NCBI GenBank assembly: GCA_964016885.1
Contig: OZ024742.1
Span: 201,128,001 to 201,192,000, forward strand
Direction of reading: 5' to 3'
Length of the DNA: 64,000 bases
Origin: Eledone cirrhosa
Taxonomy: Eukaryota
Part shown: positions 26,999 through 40,531 of the stretch, in pieces
How the letters are laid out: the number at the start of each line of letters is the position of its first letter
Position numbering within the stretch: position 1 is the stretch's first letter
Made by a program: the position numbers and the translations under genes
Notes under the pieces: generated by a model
The model's database searches: none
What the model saw: the letters and a program-made list of their open reading frames with translations, nothing else
Told to the model about the DNA's origin: nothing

Positions 26999-27279
26999 AG
27001 ATCAACCTCGGCAGGATTTGAACTCAGATCGTAAAGGGATGTAACGTAGTAATAATAATATCAATACATATATATATAGTAAAGATTATTCTTCACGGCA
27101 TAACAGTTTTAAAACTCGGTGTATTGATATTATTATTATTACTAATAGTAGTAATACACCGAGTATTAAAACTGTTATGCCGTGAAGAATAATCTTCACT
27201 ATATATATATGTATTGATATTATTATTACTACGTTACATCCCTTTACGATCTGAGTTCAAATCCTGCCGAGGTTGATCT
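26999..27279. repeat. Inverted repeat with ~127-bp arms, including part of a SINE
   Basis: 26999-27125 pairs with 27153-27279 with few mismatches. Confidence 0.85.
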
Positions 27280-27570
27280 TGCCTGCCATACTTACAGGGT
27301 CGATAAAATAAAGTATCAGTAATGCACTGGGTAATTGCTGGCCTTGTGCCTAAAGTAGAAACAATTATTACTACTATTATGGCGGTGAATTGGCAGTATC
27401 GGTAGAGGGTCGGACGCCTTGCTTTGACGCATAGAGTTACGGCCCTTGTCGTTCTGAGTTCAAATCCCGCCGAGGTTAACATTGCCTTTCATCCTTACGG
27501 GGTCGATCAAATAAAGTACCAGTAATATACTGGGTATTTGCTGGCCTTGTGCCAATAGTAGAAACAATTA
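27235..27570 (+). mobile_element. Family 1 SINE dimer (first unit 5'-truncated)
   Basis: Same B box and core as 12306-12700. Confidence 0.85.
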
Positions 27571-27796
27571 TTACTACTATTATATTGCTCAAAATGCCAT
27601 GCTGTGGCATTCATGACTCACCCATTTGGGATATAAATGATTATATTATATTATTCGCAGGTAGTTGACCAGTTAGGGTATTGTAAATGGTAGATCACGA
27701 AGTATCATGAGGTAAGAAAACAACATACTAAAGCATCCCACATCACATCTGGTGATCCATGCATCCAAGTGGAGTATATGCAGTGTAGATTAATCT

Positions 27797-27853
<57 letters not shown>

Positions 27854-28409
27854 TATATATATATACATATGTAAAATCGGGTAGAGGTCTCTCGGATGAA
27901 TTGTATTTGTCACTCAATGATTTAACCTGGCTTACCGCACACACAATGCCTATGAGATACTCATCGCTGAAACATATAGGGCGTCTACAGAACATAAAGT
28001 GACTGGTACTTCGTCGCTTTTCACGATGAAATTTCAGTCGTTCAATCACTTTTTTGGCGTGTAAAGTGGAAAGAATTCCACAGTCACGTTTATTCAAAAT
28101 ATATTTCCCTTACTAAACCCTTATGAAACTCTGTGACTTATCTAGACACAAGGCAAGCCACAGTGTTCCACGTAGGTCAATCAAGATAATTTCACTCACC
28201 ATGTTAGAATCGACACGAAACTACAGTTAAAGACACTTGCTAACCATTTACCCCCAATGCTACCCCCACAGCACTTATTAACTAATTCACCGTCTAATGT
28301 ATTTATTCATAAACTTTTTTATTTACAATCCTGCAGAAACTGTAAAAGAAATTTATCAAAGATACCATGCAGAGCCTTAACCACTCAGCAATGCCTGTAT
28401 ATTAAATAA

Positions 28410-29260
28410 AATGGACGTCCGTCGGTGTGGACGTTAAGTCTTGTCTTCTGTCTACTTGATCATCAGAACAGCTTGCTCTTGGTAAGTGTGAAAGCCGGTG
28501 ATTATTCCACAAGCACGTGTATACCCTTAACATAATTCACAGGGATATACAAAGTGACACATTCCCTGACCAACCCTAATCTTTGAATTACAAATACAAT
28601 TCATCTTTTATTATTGTTTAAGCGGCCAAGGATTCCAAAAACACGTATACCTATAACATAGTTCTCAGGGAAATACAGTGTGACACAATATGTGACAGAG
28701 ATGTTTTCCTTTCATAATTTACAAGTACAGTCCATTTTTTATATACTCTATCAACTAAATAATACGTAAAGTGTTTTGTTTACGTATTAATCGATTTATT
28801 AATAATCCCGAAGCTACTGTAAAAGAGATTTATTGAACATGTCATGAAGGAACTAATTGTAGGGCAGCGAACTTCTTAATCACTCAACAAAGCTTAATAT
28901 ATGAGAATGAAATGGACCTTTGTTGGTCAAAAAGATAAGTGATTCAATTGTTTGATCAACAGAACAGCTTGCTCTTGTAATCCTTGTGTAAGCAGATGTT
29001 TATTCCAATGTCACCTGTACAATCTGACAGTAATTCTACTTGATATACAGTGTGACACATTATTTGACAAGCTTGTTATTTTTTAATTCCTTTTCATCCA
29101 GCTGATGGGCTTCCAAATAGTTTCTGTCTACCCAATTTCAGTCACAAATCTTGGATTGACCAGACGCTAGGTTAAATGACATTTGCACAAGATGTCACAG
29201 AATGGGAGAGAACCTGGGCCCTTATGATTAGTAAGTGAACTTCTTAACCAATCAGCATGG
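28410..29260 (-). mobile_element. Family 2 SINE-like copies
   Basis: Reverse-complement similarity to 11028-11380. Confidence 0.6.
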
Positions 29261-29797
29261 CTATATGTATTATAAAATGACGGCTGTTACTGATTACTCA
29301 TTATTAAACTGATTACAAATATTAAACGAAATAAATGATATTTACTTACATTCTATCAATCATATAATCATAGAAATATGAAATATAAGTTGTATACTAA
29401 TGAGATATCACAGACTATAATTATAATCACATTATCAAATATCGCTAAGGGAGAATATCAGATGGGGAATGGAGAGGTAGTGTGGTATATATAGAGATAT
29501 ATAAATACATGAGATAGAGAAAGACAGTGGTAGAGAGTAAAAGACACATTCAGAGTGAGAAAGAGGGGCTGAGGGCATATTACACACACATGCATACACA
29601 AAACACACACAGAAACCACACACAAAAACACAAACACACACACGCACAAACACACACACACGCTCACAGACACACAGACACACACACACACGCACACACA
29701 CACACACACAAAGACACACACACAAAGACACACACACACATATAAATATATATATATATATGTATATTATATATATATATATATTTATATGTATATA

Positions 29798-29901
<104 letters not shown>

Positions 29902-30510
29902 TAAATGAAAATATAGAAATTAACTTGAGCAAGAAGCCAATATATATATATATATATATATAAAAGGAGTGACAAATGGTACGACTAAAATTTTTCTGAA
30001 AATATCTTGTTAAATTAATACTTTATCTTCTTAATTTCGTTTCCCCCAGTTAAATTTGTATATCATATATTGCAGATTGTCTTACCAACTTAATACTCTA
30101 TTAACATAACACGAGGAACATGAAGCAGAATTTGTTGATTAATTAATGACGCTTGGAAAATCTCAATCTTTAATAAATTATGCTGCAGTTTCAACAGGGT
30201 TACTGATGAAATTTATTAGTATTTACGATGAAAATATCTTGAATATTTGTCCAAATGGATTTAGAATTAAAAGTAGTGATATGACACAGTTTGTCTGTAT
30301 CTCTTCTCGGATGCTGTTTTGGCTTATAGCACGATGCAAAATGATATGAACATATTCTTTCTGTTTATCCATGTATATTGTCAGTGCATTGTGTTTTTTA
30401 GTTCTCTCCATGATTGACATTGAAACAATTTGAAGATTTGATCACTTCATCTATCATTGGAGCATCCAATGGTTTTCTTACTAGGTAACGTACCTTCCAG
30501 GCAGAATTTA

Positions 30511-30550
<40 letters not shown>

Positions 30551-30633
30551 AAAGTTCTATTTAAAATTGTTGGGATACAACAAGTAAATATTTTTATAAC
30601 TGATATAAAGCACTCGACAAGTATTTGGAGTAG

Positions 30634-31020
30634 ATATACGATATTAACAAATGGAAACTATATTTATAAAACCATATTTATTTCATTATACATATTTCAG
30701 GGATACCAAATTAAATTATGGTATGCCTTCATCAAACAAAATACAATATATAACAGTTTTACAAATAAGCTTTGACGTACCCTTTTAAAATGCAACCATT
30801 TTTTTGGAAGCCATCTGGATGGCTTCCAAAAATAATGGTTGCATTTTAAATAATAAATAATGGTTGCATTTTAAAAGGGTACGTCAAAGCTTATTTGTAA
30901 AACTGTTATATATTGTATTTTGTCTGATGAAGGCATACCATAATTTAATTTGGTATCCCTGAAATATGTATAATGAAATAAATATGGTTTTATAAATATA
31001 GTTTCCATTTATTAATATCG

Positions 31021-31025
<5 letters not shown>
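30634..31025. mobile_element. Palindromic hammerhead-bearing element in (TA)n
   Basis: Long near-perfect arms around a nested central hairpin (~30785-30850). The minus-strand motif at 30679-30743 has a TTGATGA core. Confidence 0.85.
30916..30980 (+). ncRNA. Minimal type I hammerhead ribozyme
   Basis: TATTTTGT-CTGATGA-AGGcATACCA..TGGTATcCCT-GAAA-TATGTA-TA-ATGAAATA. Confidence 0.85.
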
Positions 31026-31060
<35 letters not shown>

Positions 31061-31264
31061 GTATTAGTTATACTATTTATGGTTATGTAAATACAAAACC
31101 TTAAGCAGTTGTAAGTATTTTACACACACCCTAAATAGTGGTAGGCAGTAATGTATTACTACCTTATTACCAGTAAGTTAAGTAGCTCAATGTAAAAACA
31201 TCAGATGATTTACAGAGCAGTTATATGAAATATAAGAATCAAAGAACTGCTCAAAACATTATTG

Positions 31265-31311
31265 TGCTTACAGCTGTTTCCTCCAAACCGAGGTTTGGAT
31301 TCTTCGGAGCA
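31265..31311 (-). ncRNA. Hammerhead ribozyme with variant CCGAAGA core
   Basis: TGCT-CCGAAGA-aTCCAAAC ctcg GTTTGGAg-GAAA-CAGCTG-TA-AGCA. Confidence 0.75.
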
Positions 31312-32474
31312 ATTTATTAATGCATGGACAGTTATATGACCTCCTTTTCAGCCGAGAGACATACCAATACATATTCAAACATTGATACATATTCAAACAT
31401 TGTGGGTCAACATTCATTACAGAATTTAGAGTGGCAGTACACACTTCGAGATTACATTTATATTAATAGGTACAATCAAAAATCAAAGATATAGGTTAAA
31501 GTACAACATGAAGATAAGTGGTTATATAGTGCAAATGTTATATGTGTGGCACGCATGTGCGTCTTGTTTATATAGTGTGGCAGAGAGATATGTGTGGTAG
31601 AGGCACTTAGGTAGGTAAATAAGAGTGTTAGGTTGGTAGATCTGGTGGCAAAATCTTTATATGATTGATATAGTCTGTGTGTGGAGAAATATTATAAGCA
31701 TTAAAGATAGTGCAAGCATTAAAAGTGTTATAAGTATTGGAGATGCACAGCGCAGGGATGTCAAGTATTTCATGTACTTCGGCATTTTCATGGTCAGGGG
31801 AGTGTATATTTCGATTATATGCCTTTCACATAATCCACGACAATCCAGTTAGAGATCGTAGTCTGGTGTTCTTTAGTTCGATACAGGAGGTTGTTACGTT
31901 TCGAGAAACGCCATTGAATACCGGAAGTGTGTGTGTGGCTAAGGGGAGTTAATGCATGCGGGGAGGTAACTCTGGGGTTTCTATATCTAGCCATTAAAAT
32001 GTGTCCCAATATAGACCCTAAATTCTATGGTGAAGTGCACCTTCCAAGAGAGACTTTTAAAGTATAAAGTGTATTAACTATAGAGTAGTTTAACTAAGTT
32101 ATGCTGAAGGTGATCATATTATTATGGTGGATTAACCCATCTTAAGGTGCTACAAATGGAAATTATAGATGATGAGCGAGGATTCTAAATTAATGATCTC
32201 TGTGGTTGTAGTCTGCTCATATGACCAGGCGCGGTGATTGCAGGATTGCTTCAGGACCCAATGATCTCTGGTAAGATCTGGGTCATCGCTTGCTACATTG
32301 GATGTCGAAAGATAATCGTCCCCAGGCAGGCCAAAGGTCAATCCGCAGTCCTCGCGACCCCTCTCTGACCGTCAGATCCTCCATATACGTACAACCCGCA
32401 CGGCAGTTGCATTGCATTCACTCACTGTAAGCACAATAATGTTTTGAGCAGTTCTTTGATTCTTATATTTCATA

Positions 32475-32505
<31 letters not shown>

Positions 32506-32584
32506 TTATGTATGTATATATGTTATAAACTGAAATAGCAGGAGGCCAAAAATGATGAATTTCCTTAAATATTTACTTCTGCAA

Positions 32585-32642
32585 ACACTATGCACATTTC
32601 AGTGGCCAGGTTGCGTAAGAATATGGTGACATCTTCAGGTGT
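32585..32642 (-). ncRNA. Minimal type I hammerhead ribozyme
   Basis: ACAC-CTGAAGA-tGTcaCCA..TGGccACt-GAAA-TGTGCA-TA-GTGT. Confidence 0.75.
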
Positions 32643-32839
32643 AAATTGCGTAATAGATGTATACCAACGGAAGGAAAGGAAACTTTAAGGGAACAAGCAA
32701 AGAACATGCAGAGAAATGTGTTTATGCTTTTGTTTTGTTTTTGACTCAGAGGCGAACGAGGCAGCATGTTCTTATGCCATCTCTCTCCCTCCCTCTCACT
32801 CCCCCCACCTCGCTCTCTCTCTCTCTCTCTCTCTCCCTC

Positions 32840-32940
<101 letters not shown>

Positions 32941-32995
32941 GGATAGATATATCTCTGTGTGTGTGCGTGTTGCCGCATGCATATGAAGTTTATTG

Positions 32996-33085
32996 GCACA
33001 TTACATTATTTTCAATATCAAATAGCGCAGGGTACAATCGTAATGACCAAGCCCCGACTCGTCCTCCACATCTCATCAGATATGC
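32996..33085 (-). ncRNA. Hammerhead ribozyme with a long stem II insert and imperfect stem III
   Basis: GCATAT-CTGATGA-GATGT...ATATT-GAAA-ATAATG-TA-ATGTGC. Confidence 0.6.
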
Positions 33086-33131
33086 GAGTTTATATGTTCA
33101 AGGACGCATTCTAACACATGCACTTTTATTT

Positions 33132-33193
<62 letters not shown>

Positions 33194-33199
33194 ATATAA

Positions 33200-33355
33200 A
33201 TATAACAAAGCGGGTATGGTAAGATCCCAGGTGGACCATAAACCACCAGAATACTCAATACGAAGGGTAGTGGAGTGGGTAGTAGGAAAAGAGTCGGATC
33301 TAGCTGTCGAAACAGCCGGAGCTCATCCGTCGGGTCCTTATTCTTTTCCTATATA
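33200..33355 (+). repeat. Short (TA)n-nested repeat with terminal hairpin (copy 1 of 3)
   Basis: Shares ccaggtggaccat..caccac/aga..tactcaatac..gtagtggagtggg with 56100-56297 (-) and 62150-62275 (+). Confidence 0.7.
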
Positions 33356-34696
33356 TAAATTTGACTTATCTCCGGTTGTCAGGTTTTTTGTAGTTTAAAA
33401 AACTATGAAATGAATCGAATAACCTCATAATTATAGAACTGCTTCTCGGAGTATCAGATAAAGTTTCATTCTTAATATATCTCAAATAATTTCAGGTTAT
33501 TGATATTGTTATATACGTAAATCCAGAAGCAATCTAGCAAACGAATAGCAAATAGTAATACTGAAACCTGAAACAGATATGTACAAGCAATTCTTTCTGT
33601 CAGCGCGATTGTCAAAACGTTGTAGATAGTCCATGAATTATTTTATACACTTCGAAATCGACACATCATTGCACTTATTTATTTGCCGCAAATAATTCAG
33701 TTTTTAAGGATTATCAAGGGTGGACAGAAAAGCCTTTTAATGTTCGTTTCAATCAACATCCACCTGATTTCTCAAAACCTGAAATATGTTTATACAATTT
33801 TTTTAAGAAAATCTAGACTTTAAGAAATAACAGTACGTGATATTGTAATTTTATGTTAAAGATTTCTAAATATCTAGCAGGTAAATTTACTCTGCATTAA
33901 ATGTTACTGTGACATACTCCAACTAAAATAACAGGTTATCTATAATTAACAGGCATATTCAGCATATTTTGTTTTACATACAAATATTAGATTGCTTTTA
34001 AATCCTATTTTATTGCTTAGAAAAACAAAACACTGAAAATCAGATATGGATTTCGATTCTCGTAAGAGGATTAGTGACATTTCTACGTGTTAGGTCATAA
34101 TTATAAATGTACTATATAAATTTTCTTCAAAACACATAAGCACACCAACTTGTATACATATATATATATATATATATATGGATAATGAAACGACTAGACA
34201 TTTCCACTAAGTACGAGGGAAATTTCGATAGTCGGGATGGGGAGACATTTTGGTAATGTTTACCTATCTTTTTCTTCAAACTTACATTTTAGACTTAGCT
34301 CCGTTTAAATTAACATTTGTCTAGTTCATTTCTACGGATTAAGAGGAAAGACTAGGTAAATTTTATCTGGCTGTTAAGGAATATCGATAAAGGAATATCG
34401 ATAACATTTATCTGTTATTTCTTCAAAGTTACATTTTATACTTAGCTCTGTTTAAAGGATTATTTATCTAGTTAAATTCTACGAACTAAGAGGAAAATTT
34501 GGATAAATTTTGTAAACTTATAAATATATATATATATATATACAATAGTACATCATATTCGAAGTTCGATCAGCAGCTAAGCCAACGAATGCCTTCAGCA
34601 GTGGAGCCAAGCACTCAACGAGGAATAAACCTCAGAGTAATAACATACAGTTTGAAGGGCTTTGCAAATTGAAAATTGTGAGAAAAGGAAATACAT

Positions 34697-34878
<182 letters not shown>

Positions 34879-34880
34879 AA

Positions 34881-34923
<43 letters not shown>

Positions 34924-34969
34924 TATGTCAACATGAATGGACCCTCTATCTTTCTAATTTCTCAATCTT

Positions 34970-35005
34970 TCTTCTGCTGAAGGACTAGCATCCGAAACGT
35001 TAAGA
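34970..35005 (+). ncRNA. Ultra-minimal hammerhead-like motif with A6C core change
   Basis: TCTT-CTGCTGA-aGGA ctagca TCC-GAAA-CG-TT-AAGA. Confidence 0.6.
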
Positions 35006-35138
35006 CCATCTTCCCGCTATTTCAAGCGTTAAACTAATATATTCATTCCATATACTGTAGTGCTTGTGTTATTATTTCTGTTTACCTTTTATATACATAT
35101 ATATATATATAAACACACACCACCATACCTTCATACGT

Positions 35139-35184
<46 letters not shown>

Positions 35185-35318
35185 GTTTACTCGGGGCATG
35201 ATTTTACAACTAAGGTAGCGATCATCTGTGCCGAGCAAACAATATCATTACGGGTCTACTGATAGCAGGAAGCGAACTTTTTACCTCATCATTTCTACAG
35301 AAACGCTTGCCATTACAT

Positions 35319-35435
<117 letters not shown>

Positions 35436-35719
35436 ACAAATCTCCATAAATCTTACCATTCTAAATTTTCTAATATAGAATATTAGAATATTAAACAGTG
35501 CAAAAAATAATGTTACAAAAAGGAAAAGTAGTCAAGAATATGTATGGAAAATATGAACAAAAACAAAAAAAATAATGCAACTACAGAGGTAGGAGAAATC
35601 AAGAAATCCCATTCAACTTATTGCTACTGTGATGAGAATTTATAATATTGCACGTATATATTCTGGATTATTCTGATGACAAAATATGGTTACTAATGTT
35701 GGTTATTCTTTAGAAGTAG

Positions 35720-36060
35720 ATAGAGCATGGCTAAATGTGTAGGGTATTTGTTTCACAATCATATGCTGGGTTCAATGCCATAGTGTGCCATCTTTGTTAC
35801 ATGTCATTTATCACGGCCACGGGTCGTCCCCTGCCTTGTAAGTGAATTAGTGATGGAGGGAAACTGTTTGTATGCCCGTCGAATGAACTGTACGTGTAAT
35901 TCTAGAGTTAGCAATGTCACACACTTTAACATGGATCTCGCTGAGATTATGTTATGGGTTCACGTGCCTATGGAAGGCTCAGCCACTTACTTATAATTTC
36001 ACGAGCAGGCTGTTTCTTTGATCGAACAACCGGAACACTGGTCATCGAAGCCGACAGAGA
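35720..36060 (+). mobile_element. Family 2 SINE-like copy
   Basis: A-box-like and B-box-like (gggttcaatgcc) motifs; similar to 11028-11380. Confidence 0.6.
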
Positions 36061-36204
36061 TCAATTGTAACTTTTCCATCTTGCAGTTATTGATTTTGTG
36101 ATGAATATACTGCTAAACACCTTCAATTTAGATGTGTGGGTCTTTGCCACAACGTCATGCCTGACAGCGTGTATTGTGAGACAACTTTTGGGGCATTCAT
36201 GGAC

Positions 36205-36260
<56 letters not shown>

Positions 36261-36262
36261 CA

Positions 36263-36359
<97 letters not shown>

Positions 36360-36420
36360 ACACACATACATATAAATATATATATGTATATTACATATTA
36401 CAATTATATATATATACATA

Positions 36421-36463
<43 letters not shown>

Positions 36464-36506
36464 ATAAATTATACAATTATCAAAGTTGTGTTCAAATCAT
36501 TTAATA

Positions 36507-36550
36507 GCTGACAATGTTTCTCCCAAACTCTCGTTTGGAGTCATCGGAGC
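36507..36550 (-). ncRNA. Hammerhead ribozyme with variant CCGATGA core
   Basis: GCT-CCGATGA-cTCCAAAC gaga GTTTGGGa-GAAA-CATTG-TC-AGC. Confidence 0.7.
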
Positions 36551-36649
36551 ATATTGATATATTAAAAAAGTACCAGTAATGAACTGGGGTAATTGCTGGC
36601 TGTGTGCCAAAAGTAGAAACATTATTATTATTATTATTATTACCACTAT

Positions 36650-38299
36650 TATTTGCATTTATCTTGCTTTATGTTCATACGAGTTATCACTAAGTCACAA
36701 CCAGTGACCTCAAGAGACAACAAGGTCCGCCATGTTCAAGAAAGAACACACATATTCACACATGCATCCTTAGTGTTTAGACTTGTGATGTACTTATATT
36801 GACAGGATCTTCCTTAGTATATGGGCAGTACCCATTAGTACTATCTTTTGTATTTCTCCTATACGCGGGTTTCCTGGGATTTGCGATGAGTAGTCGTTAG
36901 ACCTCTTAGGTATCATTCCCAGAGCGCCTACAACCACTGGTATTGTTTTAGTTCTCAATTTCCACATTTTTCCAATTTCTATCTCCAGGTCCTTATACTT
37001 GCTCAATTTTTCAAATGTTTTTATAGATACATTCTTGTCTATTGGAACAGACATATCAATTAGCAGGCATACCCTCTTTTGAAAGTCCTTCAATATTATA
37101 TCAGGTCTATTTGCATCTATTTTTCGGTCTGTTTGGATGCTAAAGTTCCACAAGATTGAGATGTGATCTTTTTCAAGTATGGGAGGTGGTTGATGCTCCC
37201 ACCAATTCTTTTGATGGGGCAGGTCAAAATGCTTACACATTATCCAATGTATGTATTGTGCAGCTCTGTCATGCCTGTTTAGGTATTCGGTTGGAGCTAT
37301 AGGACTGCACATTGAAATTATATGGTCAATGGTCTCTGGTTGTTTTTTGCATACACGGCATAATGGGATGCACCCATTTTTTATTATGTTGGCTTGGTAA
37401 TTTTTTGTTGGCAGACACTGATCTTGTGCCGATATAATCAGTCCTTCAGTCTCCGATTTCAGTCCAGAGGATGCCAACCACTGATGGGTTAAAGTTTTGT
37501 CAACATCAGGATTGTTAGCTCGCTCTGGGTATTTTCCATACAGAGGCTTTTCTTGCAATTTCTTAGCCAGTTTCTGTAGCAGTTCTTTCTTTGCAGTTAC
37601 TTTTACCTGCTTTGCTTTTTCTGTGTTTTCCATTTCAGCAGTAAATGGGACTTCTGAAATTTGTAGTCCATTACTGTATCTTTGTGCATCTTTTGTAATG
37701 GAATATGATCTTTTGGTGGTTTCGTGTTTCAAAACGAGTTTGATCATCCAATCATGTGATTCCCTTAGATATGTGGATAATCCAATTGTTGCAGTTTTCA
37801 ACGCAATGTCTAACTGGATTAACCCACGTCCTCCTTCTTTCCTAGGGAGATATATTCTATCTATGTCTGCCTTAGGGTGATGCATTCTGTGCATGGTTAA
37901 GAATTTTCGGATTTTTGTATCGAGCCTACGGATCTCTGTGCTTGACCAGTTGATTACATTGTAACTGTAGGTTACTACTGGTATGGCAAGCGTGTTTATG
38001 GCATCGATCCTATTCCTTGCATTCAATTCCGTTCTTAAGATTGCTCTGACTCTGCGGTAACATTCCTTCCTTATCCTTTCCCTCATTGTCGAGTGCTTGA
38101 TTCCGTCTCCTTCACAAACACCTAGATATTTGTAAGTTTTTTCTTGATCAAGCTCTCTTATCACGTTCCCCCGATCAAGATTAATGTCTGAACTCTTCAG
38201 CAGCTTTCCTCTGGTGAACGTTGCTTTGGCGCATTTATCCAGTCCAAACTCCATTTTAATGTCATCACTGAACTTGCAATTGTTCATCATTTTTTGCAA
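36650..38299 (-). mobile_element. 5'-truncated R4/Dong-like LINE with an open 501-aa frame
   Basis: RT C-terminus, CRVC..ETIDHIISMC finger, RHD, and RPDII..LIDMSVP..KY nuclease. The 3' end sits at (TAA)n. Confidence 0.92.
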
Positions 38300-38349
38300 A
38301 TAGTTTCAGGTCATCCATGTAGAATATTATTATTATTATTATTATTGTT

Positions 38350-38707
38350 ATTCCTTGAATCTCAGTCATTGATGTTGGTTAACTGGAAAGTCCGTTGGAT
38401 TGAATATCAAGCCACTACCTGCAGCCTCAGATATTCAGGACGTATCGGAGGGTTCTTGCCGTTCCAAGCAAGCATGCCTTTTGAAGCGTTCCAAAAAGCG
38501 TGAAGGGGCCGATTTTCTTTAACCATCCCTGGAAACCTTTGGAGATAGTCCCCAGTGCGCCTATGACAATCGGGATCACTTTGACTTCATGGCAGTTCCA
38601 AATCCTTTTCACCTCCCACTTTAGGTCCTGGTATCGGTTAATTTTCTCCCTCTCCTTCTCTTGCACTCTCGTGTCGAACGGGCAGGCCACATCCACAATC
38701 AGGCACG
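38350..38707 (-). mobile_element. R4/Dong-like 3' fragment flanked by (TAA)n on both sides
   Basis: ORF 38427-38696; homologous to ~4640-4990. Confidence 0.85.
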
Positions 38708-38739
<32 letters not shown>

Positions 38740-38740
<1 letters not shown>

Positions 38741-39070
38741 TGAACTCAAATCCCGCCGAGGTTGACTTTGCCTTTCATCCTTATGGGGTCGATAAAATAA
38801 AGTACCAGTAATACACTGGTTAATTGCTGGTCTTGTGCCAAAAGTAGAAACAATTATTATATATATTATTATATAAAGGGCGGTGGATTGGCAGTATCGG
38901 TAGAGGGTAGGACGCCATGCTTTGACGCATAGAGTTACGGCCCTTGCCATTCTGAGTTCAAATCCCGCCGAGGTTAACTTTGCCTTTCATCCTTACGGTG
39001 TCGATAAAATAAAGTACTAGTAATACACTGGGTAATTGCTGGCCTTGTGCCAAAAGTAGAAACAATTATA
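38740..39070 (+). mobile_element. Family 1 SINE dimer (first unit truncated)
   Basis: Same core and boxes as the other family 1 copies. Confidence 0.85.
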
Positions 39071-39216
39071 TATTTATGTGTGTGTGTATGTTTATCCCGT
39101 GTTCAATATGTGTAACCACAGCCAGTAACGTACTCAATACATATCAGAGTATAATTATTTGATTTAGAAATGGCTTCTACAGGAGTAGAACCATTTCATT
39201 CGGAGTAACTCATCAA

Positions 39217-39268
39217 GGATTTCCTGATGATTTCCGCCGAATGAAACGATTCTTGTCCTGTAGAAGCC
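39217..39268 (+). ncRNA. Hammerhead ribozyme (longer stem III family) within hairpin 39165-39275
   Basis: GGATTTC-CTGATGA-tTTC cgcc GAAt-GAAA-CGA ttcttgtc CTG-TA-GAAGCC. A decayed mirror copy lies at 39172-39216. Confidence 0.6.
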
Positions 39269-39300
39269 ATTTCTATATTAAATGTATATGTATGTATGTA

Positions 39301-39582
39301 TATTACATATTACAATTTGTTTCCATATCGACAAGCTCGGGTGTGATCATGCGATCACAAGCTCACACCCGAACTGATCGATATGGAAATAAAGTGTAAT
39401 ATGTAATAGGGCTTACAAAAATATGCAATCCTTATTATCACTTTATATACACTCTGCAAAATACAGTCCCATTAAACCTGGAGCACAACCCAACGAGAGA
39501 CGGAGACAGGGACAGCCTCGAGTACTTCGACCAGCGTCACCACTAGTAACTACTAGACGCATACCTAATAACCTATATATAC

Positions 39583-39615
<33 letters not shown>

Positions 39616-39616
39616 T

Positions 39617-39673
<57 letters not shown>

Positions 39674-40203
39674 TGCGTGTGAGTAGTGTATGTATAGTGA
39701 ATTAGTGGTGGTGGTACCAAAACGACCACTTGATGTACAGGCAGAGTGTATATATTAAGAAAAACCATGAAGTCGTTCATATGTGTGTAAAAGCCGATGA
39801 CGTTTCGTTTATGTGCATTTATGTATTTTTTAATACATAAATGCATGTAAAAGAAACGTCATCGGCTTTTACACACACACACACAAATATATACATGCAT
39901 ATATATATATATTTATATATTTCAAAAGCACTAAGACACAATTTAAGTACAATAGGTGTGTATAAATAAACATATAGGAATATGAGCCATATGTTTATAC
40001 AGAATAAACATATGGGTAGTCTCGCCATCACAATAAAAATATTTTTTCGTGATGAAAACATTATCTTTTTTTACTTTTCTCTGTGACACTTAATCAACTT
40101 TGATAGCGAGGCTACCCATATGCTTATTGTATATAAACATATGGTATATGTTCATATATGTTTTCATATACACCCCTACTATATTTAAACAATGTCTTAG
40201 TGC
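39301..40203. repeat. Cluster of independent hairpins
   Basis: Inverted repeats at 39301-39408, 39783-39876 and ~39928-40203. Confidence 0.75.
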
Positions 40204-40487
40204 TGGTGCCGATTAAATATAATCAGCCAGGTTCGCACTGAGTGCGGGTGGCCATTTGAAGTCGATGTTTATCAATTGTAGTGTCCTGAAACGGGCATAC
40301 TAATTTGCATATTATTAGCACTCACGTGGTTGTTGATTAGGTATGTATAAAGCACTGTGCTAAGCAGCCGAATTTTACAATAGAATTATCGGATTCTTCG
40401 GCAGTTTAGTGTACAGATTTATATATATATATATATGGAATGCTAAACTCACAACGTCAGGATTTATTTATTAACTAATAGCCGTAA

Positions 40488-40519
<32 letters not shown>

Positions 40520-40531
<12 letters not shown>

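Noticed and set aside
34265-34515. ~148-bp tandem duplication (similar ones near 48480-48740 and 58060-58350)
   Set aside because: These are diverged local duplications with no further structure.
40355-40405. Minus-strand ACTG-CCGAAGA...CAGT motif
   Set aside because: It lacks GAAA; at most a very decayed remnant.
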